This document shows, piece after piece, positions 14,001 through 24,600 of a DNA stretch of 64,000 nucleotides. Origin of the DNA: Antedon mediterranea (Eukaryota > Animalia > Echinodermata); the NCBI RefSeq assembly GCF_964355755.1, contig NC_092676.1, forward strand, positions 1,121,788-1,185,787, in the 5' to 3' direction. The notes beneath the pieces are model-generated. The model saw only the letters and a program-made list of their open reading frames with translations. It searched no databases and was not told where the DNA came from. Position numbers and translations under genes: made by a program. Each line of letters opens with the position of its first letter. Position 1 is the stretch's first letter.

Positions 14001-16115
14001 AATAACAAAGGTTTGGGTTGGTGTCAGGTGGGACTTAGTTTACCTTTTAAATTACGTAGCTCAATAACATTAACAAAGGTTTGGGTTGGTGTCCGGTGGG
14101 GCTTAGTTTACCTTTTAAATGACGTAGCTCAATAACAAAGGTTTGGGTTTGTGTCCGGTGGGGCTTAGTTTACCTTTTAAATTACGTAGCTCAATAACAT
14201 TAACAAAGGTTTGGGTTGGTGTCCGGTGGGGCTTAGTTTACCTTTTAAATGACGTAGCTCAATAACAAAGGTTTGGGTTGGTGTCCGGTGGGGCTTAGTT
14301 TACCTTTTAAATGACGTAGCTCAATAACAAAGGTTTGGGTTGGTGTCAGGTGAGGCTTAGTTTACCTTTTAAATGACGTAGCTCAATAACAAAGGTTTGG
14401 GTTGGTGTCAGGTGGGGCTTAGTTTACCTTTTAAATGACGTAGCTCAATAACAAAGGTTTGGGTTGGTGTCAGGTGGGGCTTAGTTTACCTTTTAAATGA
14501 CGTAGCTCAATAACAAAGGTTTGGGTTGGTGTCCGGTGGGGCTTAGTTTACCTTTTAAATTACGTAGCTCAATAACAAAGGTTTGGGTTGGTGTCAGGTG
14601 GGGCTTAGTTTACCTTTTAAATTACGTAGCTCAATAACAAAGGTTTGGGTTGGTGTCAGGTGGGGCTTAGTTTACCTTTTAAATGACGTAGCTCAATAAC
14701 AAAGGTTTGGGTTGGTGTCAGGTGGGGCTTAGTTTACCTTTTAAATGACGTAGCTCAATAACAAAGGTTTGGGTTGGTGTCCGGTGGGGCTTAGTTTACC
14801 TTTTAAATGACGTAGCTCAATAACAAAGGTTTGGGTTGGTGTCAGGTGGGACTTAGTTTACCTTTTAAATGACGTAGCTCAATAACAAAGGTTTGGGTTG
14901 GTGTCAGGTGGGGCTTAGTTTACCTTTTAAATGACGTAGCTCAATAACAAAGGTTTGGGTTGGTGTCCGGTGGGACTTAGTTTACCTTTTAAATTACGTA
15001 GCTCAATAACAAAGGTTTGGGTTGGTGTCAGGTGAGGCTTAGTTTACCTTTTAAATGACGTAGCTCAATAACAAAGGTTTGGGTTGGTGTCAGGTGGGGC
15101 TTAGTTTACCTTTTAAATGACGTAGCTCAATAACAAAGGTTTGGGTTGGTGTCCGGTGGGACTTAGTTTACCTTTTAAATGACGTAGCTCAATAACAAAG
15201 GTTTGGGTTGGTGTCCGGTGGGGCTTAGTTTACCTTTTAAATGACGTAGCTCAATAACAAAGGTTTGGGTTGGTGTCCGGTGGGGCTTAGTTTACCTTTT
15301 AAATGACGTAGCTCAATAACAAAGGTTTGGGTTGGTGTCAGGTGGGACTTAGTTTACCTTTTAAATGACGTAGCTCAATAACAAAGGTTTGGGTTGGTGT
15401 CAGGTGGGGCTTAGTTTACCTTTAAATTACGTAGCTCAATAACAAAGGTTTGGGTTGGTGTCAGGTGGGACTTAGTTTACCTTTTAAATTACGTAGCTCA
15501 ATAACAAAGGTTTGGGTTGGTGTCCGGTGGGGCTTAGTTTACCTTTTAAATTACGTAGCTCAATAACAAAGGTTTGGGTTGGTGTCCGGTGGGGCTTGGT
15601 TTACCTTTTAAATGACGTAGCTCAATAACAAAGGTTTGGGTTGGTGTCCGGTGGGGCTTAGTTTACCTTTTAAATGACGTAGCTCAATAACAAAGGTTTG
15701 GGTTGGTGTCAGGTGAGGCTTAGTTTACCTTTTAAATGACGTAGCTCAATAACAAAGGTTTGGGTTGGTGTCCGCTTAGTTTACCTTTTAAATGACGTAG
15801 CTTAATAACAAAGGTTTGGGTTGGTGTCCGGTGGGGCTTAGTTTACCTTTTAAATTATGTTTTAGTTTTTTTTCTTTATGGTTACGTTCATGTTCATTTT
15901 GTTTTTTACAATGTGTGGCCTTGCACCCTTGGGTGAATCAAATGTTGTCCATGAGAAAATAAAGTATTTTATTACAGTAATACTATAATGCAGTGACTTT
16001 TTGGGGGTCAACTAAAAGAATCTAACTGCACAATATTCAAAGGTAAATTGAGATTGACTCCAGGTGTATTATAAATACTCTTTAAATGTGAAAACTTACC
16101 TTTAGAGGATGCCAT
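219..16115 (-). CDS. NLR-type immune receptor (DED-DED-linker-DED-DED-NACHT-LRR), multi-exon; frameshift at ~2090 in this haplotype
   Basis: Manually spliced phase-1 GT-AG exons stay in frame: 16115-16100 (MASSK), 11811-11278, 10867-10790, 10596-10531, 9452-9402, 6644-6594, 5962-5447, 5127-5062, 4700-219. NACHT and LRR motifs are in the last exon. Inclusion of the small linker exons is inferred. Confidence 0.8.
370..2530 (-). repeat. 357-bp coding tandem repeat (~6 copies; 119-aa LRR module)
   Basis: Near-identical blocks; antisense ORF starts at 697, 1054, 1411, 1768 and 2105 mark the period. Confidence 0.95.
2065..4700 (-). CDS. NACHT NTPase plus helical domains and first LRRs of the NLR (5' part of terminal exon)
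   Basis: Walker A GEGGMGKTT, Walker B ILLDGLDEL, sensor LITSRP, GFS, PLLL, winged-helix HKLVSEALAGFYL, then LxxLxLxxN repeats. Acceptor ttaacag at 4702-4701. Confidence 0.92.
5447..5962 (-). CDS. NLR exon encoding second tandem death-effector-domain (DED) pair
   Basis: ORF 5424..5897 extends to an acceptor at 5964-5963; donor GAAG|gtaatg. Helical death-fold pattern HRQKLVEFGYCLTPSDV...WAMIRDLEHKQVIT; paralogous to the exon at 11278-11811. Confidence 0.75.
7040..9376. mobile_element. Putative non-autonomous DNA transposon containing a nested LINE fragment
   Basis: Imperfect TIR ctacgctcatgcta / tagcgttagcgtag (12/14), flanked by atata on both sides. It interrupts one copy of a duplicated intron segment (compare 6540-6600). 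Confidence 0.55.
7719..9140 (-). mobile_element. 5'-truncated CR1-clade LINE ORF2 (reverse transcriptase), decayed
   Basis: Motifs WKTANVTPIFKKG, NYRPISLTS, QHGFLSGRSCLTNLL, YLDYMKAFDSVPH, SGVPQGSVLGPILF, FADE (degenerate Y/FADD), RTRGHSLKL, HWNSLPE; stops between segments. Confidence 0.92.
9553..10412. mobile_element. Mutator/foldback-like MITE (860 bp) with long inverted arms
   Basis: Termini gggcgtctagaaaactcagatct / agatctgagttttctagacaccc; perfect 9-bp TSD TAAATTATT (9544-9552, 10413-10421); subterminal tctagaaaactcagat repeats. Confidence 0.88.
11278..11811 (-). CDS. NLR exon encoding first tandem DED pair
   Basis: Acceptor ctctctag|AAATC, in frame with the MASSK exon. YRQKLFQLGAELNSDEVSTL...WSLIMDFEHRGII resembles the DED consensus. 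Confidence 0.75.
11937..12176. repeat. 26-bp minisatellite (tgaagtgtgggacatgtgtgggatcg), ~9 copies
   Basis: Directly visible; intronic. Confidence 0.95.
12256..15857. repeat. 62-bp minisatellite array (~58 copies) in the first coding intron of the NLR
   Basis: Unit tgacgtagctcaataacaaaggtttgggttggtgtccggtggggcttagtttaccttttaaa with a few recurrent variants. Confidence 0.97.
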
Positions 16116-16531
16116 GTTGTTAACTAAATCTTTTAGCTTTGTAAAGATGTTTCAGACAAATTTTTTCTACAAACGGAAGAAATGTGTTACAAACAAACCA
16201 AAAATTAAAATTAATTATCATTTGTATTATTATACATTAAGTCAGTAAGAGGACTAAAAATTGTAAAAACTTTAAAAGTTACGGAGGCCATAAAAGGACA
16301 TTATGTAAATGAACCCATTAATTTGAGGGAATGAAATACTGTACTAATAAAAATCATTTTGTTTCTTCAAAATATTCCAACTTTTCTGAAAGTTTATAAA
16401 ATTACATAATACAAAGATATTCTGTGAAAAGGAAAATTAAACACAAACATTGTGGAAAGGAAACAAAATAAAATGTTGAAGGAATGAAAAAGTATTTTGA
16501 GGAAGTTCAAGTTCTTTCTTAACCTTATTAA

Positions 16532-17260
16532 CACTTTCACCGCCAGGCATTCAATACAGGAAGTACCTCTCACCGCCAGCCATTTGAGATAAATTTACCT
16601 GTTTTTCAAAGCTCATAGCAAAGGTGTTTGTAATCAGAATAACATGCAATATACACTCAAATAATGAGATAGAAATAAACTTTCCAATGGTACCAAACAC
16701 TTTATTGAAATAAAACTGTAATACCACATAATTGTACAAAGAACTTGGCTCACTTTTAGCACTTTAGGCTCAATCGGAGAACAAAGCAGAGATAATGAGG
16801 ATTTTAGCCTGGCTGCACCGTCTGTCAGTGTCACGATTCTCAACCTATCCTACAAACTAGCCTAGGCCAGGCTAGCTAAATTATCTCCAATTATTTATTA
16901 CATTTTATAAACCAGATTTAGGTACAAATATACCTTCATCATCCGGGGATAATAAATACTCATTTTCAGAGTCAGAGTCGGCAAATATTTCTGCAATTGC
17001 TTCATCCGCAGTAAGCACATTATGTTGTTTACGGATAGGACGCGATGTAGGCCAGCTGGGGTCAATGGCACTAGGGGTTAATAAAGTATCAAAATATTTG
17101 CAGTCCAGATCGATTTGGATGTTGAAATTTCTACATGCGGTCCATATATACCTGATCTAACAAATTGTGCAATAAAAAGCCAAAGACGTAAATTTCCGTC
17201 TTTGGCGGTCTGGCGCTGGGCATTGAAAGACGGAGATTTCCGTCTTTGGCGGTGAAAGTG
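16532..17260 (-). mobile_element. Non-autonomous piggyBac-like element
   Basis: 14-bp TIR cactttcaccgcca / tggcggtgaaagtg with TTAA on both sides. Minus-strand remnant LTADEAIAEIFADSDSENEY (~16950-17030) resembles acidic piggyBac transposase N-termini. Confidence 0.8.
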
Positions 17261-17918
17261 TTAAAGACTTTTCACTATAATTTTTCGATCTAATTTAAGG
17301 TTACAAACTGCATTTTATGCAAATATGAAATACTCCATGGACCTATTGCGATAATTGTTTCCGTCTTTAAACAGTTAAAAATGTGAAAAATAGTAGATTC
17401 TAATAATTTAGATTCTTGCTATAAATACCAGAATGCATTGTTTGCACGTGGATTGATATTTTCGTTTTGCTTTTGTGATGTACTCACTTTCGATTAATCG
17501 TGAAAACAAATGGAAGATCCACAAGATATCAAAAATTGCATCAAGTCTCAAAGCTCAAATTACTGATCACCTGATTTCATCATACTAACTTTATGATAAT
17601 TTCATTTTTTCGTTTTTCAATGTAACTCATTTATATTCTTTTGTATATCTAATTTGTATATTTGTATAGTTTTTTTTCATGTCATTTCAACTAAATTAAA
17701 TTGTTTCATTTAATGCCTATGCCTATTGTTTGCTCCTGGCAAGATATTGCTTGATAACATGCCGAATACTATTATCATATTAATTTAAAAAAGCTTCAAA
17801 ATTTCTTTTAAAAACGAAGTGGCTACGTCGACACCTAGGCGTAAATACAATCCCCATTCTATATTATGCCTACTACTATTGAGACGATCGGGCCTCCGGT
17901 AATCTAACCAAAAATTAA

Positions 17919-18544
17919 AGCCCCATTCCCTACGTTTTTTAGATCTAATTTAAGATCACAAACTATATTTAATGTAAAAATAATACTATATGGTCTTATT
18001 GCGATAACTTTTTTCGTCTTTAAACGGTTAAAAATGTGAAAAATAAATCGATTCTAATAATTATAGCGGCCCGCTATAAATCCCAAAATGCATTGCGCGC
18101 GGATTGATATTTTTGTTTTTCACCTGTAATTCGCCCACTTTTCGATCGATCGTGAAGCCAAAACAAATGGAAGACTCCTAACTTTTCAGCGAAAATACCG
18201 GGTTTTCCCCAATTTGTATCAACGGAGTCTGGCAAAAATAGAAAGACAATTAATGCAGCAACTATACAACGTCAGGCTAGGTATATAGCTAGCGTACGAT
18301 GTTCGTACGTTATCGATGTTTACCAGCTAGGCCTACAAAACTAAGCCTAGCTAGGCTAGGCCTAAGACCGTCCACGAGAGGTCGATCGCCGCGAGCTACT
18401 TAGGTAGTGCATTGTTTCTCACTTTTTATCATAATTTACCATAAAACGTACATTTAAGACAAGGAATGACATGGTTTAATGTTTTTAAAGTGATATATAT
18501 GTATTATTTTCCAAAAAACGTCCAAAATTGCAGGGAAGGGGTCT
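17919..18544. mobile_element. Kolobok-like MITE (TTAA TSD, AG...CT ends); truncated sister copy at ~17265-17520
   Basis: ttaa|agccccattccctacg ... tgcagggaaggggtct|ttaa; 17265-17520 is a diverged copy of 17919-18175. Confidence 0.65.
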
Positions 18545-18674
18545 TTAAGACAAATAAAAATATTTAAAAAAATACTATATTGGGTGAAAATTCTATTAAA
18601 ATGCATTTACTTACAATTCACCAATGTAACTTGTAGCATTCACATGCAAAGGAGGCTCAGGTATCTTAATGTAC

Positions 18675-21600
18675 GCTTGTGTCAAGCTAGCCAACAATAA
18701 GCCAGCCAACAATAAGCCAGCCCACTTTTATTTTTTCCAGCCAACAATAACTATGAAACGCCGTTTGTGCATTCTTTACATTTTCATTGTTACTTATGGC
18801 TTTTATGGTATTAGGAATTAAATATTTGTGAGAAAAACGGCGGATTGTTCCTGGGATTCACTTGGTGGGATTATACTAGGGTACCCCCTTAGTCGTCCAG
18901 TATAAGTTAGAGTGGGACCACTGGTCCCGTTTACTCAGCCCTCATCTTTAAAATTTGAGTGTAACTCAATTACGATTTTTAAAATATAGTTAAATTTGAA
19001 ACTGTATTTGTGAGAAAATGGCGGATTGTTCCTGGGAGTCACTTGGTGGGATTATACTAGGGTACCCCCTTAGTCGTTCAGTATAAGTTAGAGTGCGACC
19101 ACTGGTTCCGTTTACTCAGCCCTCATCTTTTAAATTTGAGTGTAACTCAATTACGATAAAATTTTTAAAATATAGTGAAAATTGATACTGTATTTGTGAG
19201 AAAATGGCGGATTGTTCCTGGGATTCACTTGGTGGGATTATATTAGGGTACCCCATTAGTCGTCCAGTATAAGTTAGAGTGCGACCACTGGTCCCGTTTA
19301 CTCAGCCCTCATCTTTAACGTTTGAGTGTAACTCAATTACGATTAATATTTTAAAATATAGTGAAAATTGATACTGTATTTGTGAGAAAATGGCGGATTG
19401 TTCCTTGGAGTCACTTGGTGGGATTATACTAGGGTACCTCCTTAGTTGTCCAGTATAAGTTAGAGTGGGACCACTGGTCCCGTTTACTCAGCCCTCATCT
19501 TTAACGTTTGAGTGTAACTCAATTACGATTAATATTTTAAAATATAGTGAAATTTGATACTGTATTTGTGAGAAAATGGCGGATTGTTCCTGGGAGTCAC
19601 TTGGTGGGATTATACTAGGTTACCCCCTTAGTCGTCCAGTATAAGTTAGAGTGGGACCACTGGTCCCGTTTACTCAGCCCTCATCTTTAACGTTTGAGTG
19701 TAACTCAATTACGATTAATATTTTAAAATATAGTGAAATTTGATACTGTATTTGTGAGAAAATGGCGGATTGTTCCTGGGAGTCACTTGGTGGGATTATA
19801 CTAGGTTACCCCCTTAGTCGTCCAGTATAAGTTAGAGTGGGACCACTGGTCCGGTTTACTCAGCACTCATCTTTAACATTTGAGTGTAACTCATTTACGA
19901 TTTTTAAAATATAGTGAAATTTGATACTGTATTTGTGAAAAAATGGCGGATTGTTCCTGGGAGTCACTTGGTGGGATTATACTAGGGTACCCCCTTAGTC
20001 GTCCAGTATAAGTTAGAGTGGGACCACTGGTCTCATTTACTCAGCCCTCATCTTTAAAATTTGAGTGTAACTCATTTACAATTTTTAAAATATAGTGAAA
20101 TTTGAAACTGTATTTGTGAGAAAACGGCGGATTGTTCCTGAGAGTCACTTGGTGGGATTATACTAGGGTACCTTCTTAGTCGTACAGTATAAGTTAGAGT
20201 GGGACCACTGGTACTGTTTACTCAGCCCTCATCTTTTAAATTTGAGTGTAACTCATTTACGATTAAAAAAATATAGTGAAATTTGATACTGTATTTGTGA
20301 GAAAATGGCGGATTGTTCCTGGGAGTCACTTGGTGGGATTATACTAGGTTACCCCCTTAGTCGTCCAGTATAAGTTAGAGTGGGACCACTGGTCCGGTTT
20401 ACTCAGCCCTCATCTTTAAAATTTGAGTGTAACTCATTTACGATTTTTAAAATATAGTTAAATTTGATACTGTATTTGTGAGAAAATGGAGGATTGTTCC
20501 TGGGAGTCACTTGGTGGGATTATACTAGGGTACCTCCTTAGTTGTCCAGTATAAGTTAGAGTGGGACCACTGGTCCCGTTTACTCAGCCCTCATCTTTAA
20601 CGTTTGAGTGTAACTCAATTACGATTAATATTTTAAAATAAAGTGAAATTTGATACTGTATTTGTGAGAAAATGGCGGATTGTTCCTGGGAGTCACTTGG
20701 TGGGATTATACTAGGTTACCCCTTTAGTCGTCCAGTATAAGTTAGAGTGGGACCACTGGTCCGGTTTACTCAGCCCTCATCTTTAAAATTTGAGTGTAAC
20801 TCATTTACGATTTTTAAAATATAGTGAAATTTGATACTGTATTTGTGAGAAAATGGCGGATTGTTCCTGGGAGTCACTTGGTGGGATTATACTAGGGTAC
20901 CTCCTTAGTTGTCCAGTATAAGTTAGAGTGGGACCACTGGTCCCGTTTACTCAGCCCTCATCTTTAACGTTTGAGTGTAACTCAATTACGATTAATATTT
21001 TAAAATATAGTGAAATTTGATACTGTATTTGTGAGAAAATGGCGGATTGTTCCTGGGAGTCACTTGGTGGGATTATACTAGGTTACCCCCTTAGTCGTCC
21101 AGTATAAGTTAGAGTGGGACCACTGGTCCGGTTTACTCAGCCCTCATCTTTAACATTTGAGTGTAACTCATTTACGATTTTTAAAATATAGTGAAATTTG
21201 ATACTGTATTTGTGAAAAAATGGCGGATTGTTCCTCCTGGGAGTCACTTGGTGGGATTATACTAGGGTACCCCCTTAGTCGTCCAGTATAAGTTAGAGTG
21301 GGACCACTGGTCCCATTTACTCAGCCCTCATCTTTATAATTTGAGTGTAACTCATTTACAATTTTTAAAATATAGTGAAATTTGAAACTGTATTTGTGAG
21401 AAAACGGCGGATTGTTCCTGAGAGTCACTTGGTGGGATTATACTAGGGTACGTCCTTAGTCGTCCAGTATAAGTTAGAGTGGGACCACTGGTCCGGTTTA
21501 CTCAGCCCTCATCTTTAAAATTTGAGTGTAACTCATTTACGATTTTTAAAATATAGTGAAATTTGATACTGTATTTGTGAGAAAATGGCGGATTGTTCCT

Positions 21601-24600
21601 GGGAGTCACTTGGTGGGATTATACTAGGGTACCTCCTTAGTCGTACAGTATAAGTTAGAGTGGGACCACTGGTACTGTTTACTCAGCCCTCATCTTTTAA
21701 ATTTGAGTGTAACTCATTTACGATTAAAAAAATATAGTGAAATTTGATACTGTATTTGTGAGAAAATGGCGGATTGTTCCTGGGAGTCACTTGGTGGGAT
21801 TATACTAGGTTACCCCCTTAGTCGTCCAGTATAAGTTAGAGTGGGACCACTGGTCCGGTTTACTCAGCCCTCATCTTTAAAATTTGAGTGTAACTCATTT
21901 ACGATTTTTAAAATATAGGGAAATTTGATACTGTATTTTTGAGAAAATGGCGGATTGTTCCTGGGAGTCACTTGGTGGGATTATACTAGGGTACCTCCTT
22001 AGTTGTCCAGTATAAGTTAGAGTGGGACCACTGGTCCCGTTTACTCAGCCCTCATCTTTAACATTTGAGTGTAACTCAATTACGATTAATATTTTAAAAT
22101 ATAGTGAAATTTGATACTGTATTTGTGAGAAAATGGCGGATTGTTCCTGGGAGTCACTTGGTGGGATTATACTAGGTTACCCCCTTAGTCGTCCAGTATA
22201 AGTTAGAGTGGGACCACTGGTCCGGTTTACTCAGCCCTCATCTTTAAAATTTGAGTGTAACTCATTTACGATTTTTAAAATATAGTGAAATTTGATACTG
22301 TATTTGTGAAAAAATGGCGGATTGTTCCTGGGAGTCACTTGGTGGGATTATACTAGGGTACCTCCTTAGTCGTCCAGTATAAGTTAGAGTAGGACCACTG
22401 GTCCCGTTTACTCAGCCCTCATCTTTAAAATTTGAGTGTAACTCATTTACGATTTTTAAAATATAGTGAAATTTGAAACTGTATTTGTGAGAAAACGGCG
22501 GATTGTTCCTGAGAGTCACTTGGTGGGATTATACTAGGGTACCTCCTTAGTCGTACAGTATAAGTTAGAGTGGGACCACTGGTACTGTTTACTCAGCCCT
22601 CATCTTTTAAATTTGAGTGTAACTCATTTACGATTAAAAAAATATAGTGAAATTTGATACTGTATTTGTGAGAAAATGGCGGATTGTTCCTGGGAGTCAC
22701 TTTGTGGGATTATACTAGGGTACCTCCTTAGTTGTCCAGTAGAAGTTAGAGTGGGACCACTGGTCCCGTTTACTCAGCCCTCATCTTTAACGTTTGAGTG
22801 TAACTCAATTACGATTAATATTTTAAAATATAGTGAAATTTGATACTGTATTTGTGAGAAAACGGCGGATTGTTCCTCGGAGTCACATGGTGGGGTTATA
22901 CTAAGGTACGTCCTTAGTCGTCCAGTATAAGTTAGAGTGCGACCACTGGTCCCGTTTACTCAGCCCTCATCTTTTAATTTGCGTGTAACTCAATTACGAT
23001 AAAATTTTATAAATATAGTGAAAATTGATACTGTATTTGTGAGAAAATGGCGGATTGTTCCTGGGAGTCACTTGGTGGGATTATACTAGGGTACCTCCTC
23101 AGTTGTCCAGTATAAGTTAGAGTGGGACCACTGGTCCCGTTTACTCAGCCCTCATCTTTAACGTTTGAGTGTAACTCAATTACGATTAATATTTTAAAAT
23201 ATAGTGAAATTTGATACTGTATTTGTGAGAAAATGGCGGATTGTTCCTGGGAGTCACTTAGTGGGATTATACTAGGTTACCCCCTTAGTCGTCCAGTATC
23301 AGTTAGAGTGGGACCACTGGTCCGGTTTACTCAGCCCTCATCTTTAACGTTTGAGTGTAACTCAATTACGATTAATATTTTAAAATATAGTGAAATTTGA
23401 TACTGTATTTGTGAGAAAACAGCGGATTGTTCCTGAGAGTCACTTGGTGGGATTATACTACGGTGCCTCCCTAGTCGTCCAGTATAAGTTAGAGTGGGAC
23501 CACTGGTCCCGTTTACTAAGCCCTCATTTTTTAAATTTGAGTGTAACTCATTTACGATTTTAAAAATATAGTGAAATTAGATACTGTATTTGTAAGAAAA
23601 CGGCGGATTGTTCCTCGGAGTCACATGGTGGGGTTATACTAAGGTACGTCCTTAGTCGTCCAGTATAAGTTAGAGTGAGACCACTGGTCCCGTTTACTCA
23701 GCCCTCATCTTTTAAATTTGAGTGTAACTCAATTACGATAAAATTTTTAAAATATAGTGAAATTTGATACTGTATTTGTGAGAAAATGGCGGATTGTTCC
23801 TGGGAGTCACTTGGTGGGATTATACTAGGGTACCCTCTTAGTTGTCCAGTATAAGTTAGAGTGGGACTACTGGTCCCGTTTACTCAGCCCTCATCTTTCA
23901 AATTTGAGTGTAACTCATTTACGATTTTTAAAATATAGTGAAATTTGAAACTGTATTTGTGAGAAAACGGCGGATTGTTCCTGAGAGTCACTTGGTGGGA
24001 TTATACTAGGGTACACCCTTAGTCGTCCAGTATAAGTTAGAGTGGGACCACTGGTCCCGTTTACTCAGCCCTCATCTTTAAAATTTGAGTGTAACTCATT
24101 TACGATTTTTAAAATATAGTGAAATTTGATACTGTATTTGTGAGAAAACGGCGTATTGTTCCTGAGAGTCACTTGGTGGGATTATACTAGAGTACCTCTT
24201 TAGTCATCCTGTATAAGTTAGAGTGGGACCACTGGTCCCGTTTACTCAGCCCTCTTCTTTAACATTTGAGTGTAACTCAATTACGATTAATATTTTAAAA
24301 TATAGTGAAATTTGATACTGTATTTGTGTAAAAATGGCGGATTGTTCCTGGGAGTCACTTGGTGGGATTATACTAGGTTACCCCCTTAGTCGTCCAGTAT
24401 AAGTTAGAGTGGGACCACTGGTCCGGTTTACTCAGCCCTCATCTTTAAAATTTGAGTGTAACTCATTTACGATTTTTAAAATATAGTGAAATTTGATACT
24501 GTATTTGTGAAAAATGGCGGATTGTTCCTGGGAGTCACTTGGTGGGATTATACTAGGGTACCCCCTTAGTCGTCCAGTATAAGTTAGAGTGGGACCACTA

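Noticed and set aside
12256-15857. CRISPR-like array
   Set aside because: Units are contiguous with no unique spacers, there are no cas genes, and the context is a eukaryotic intron.
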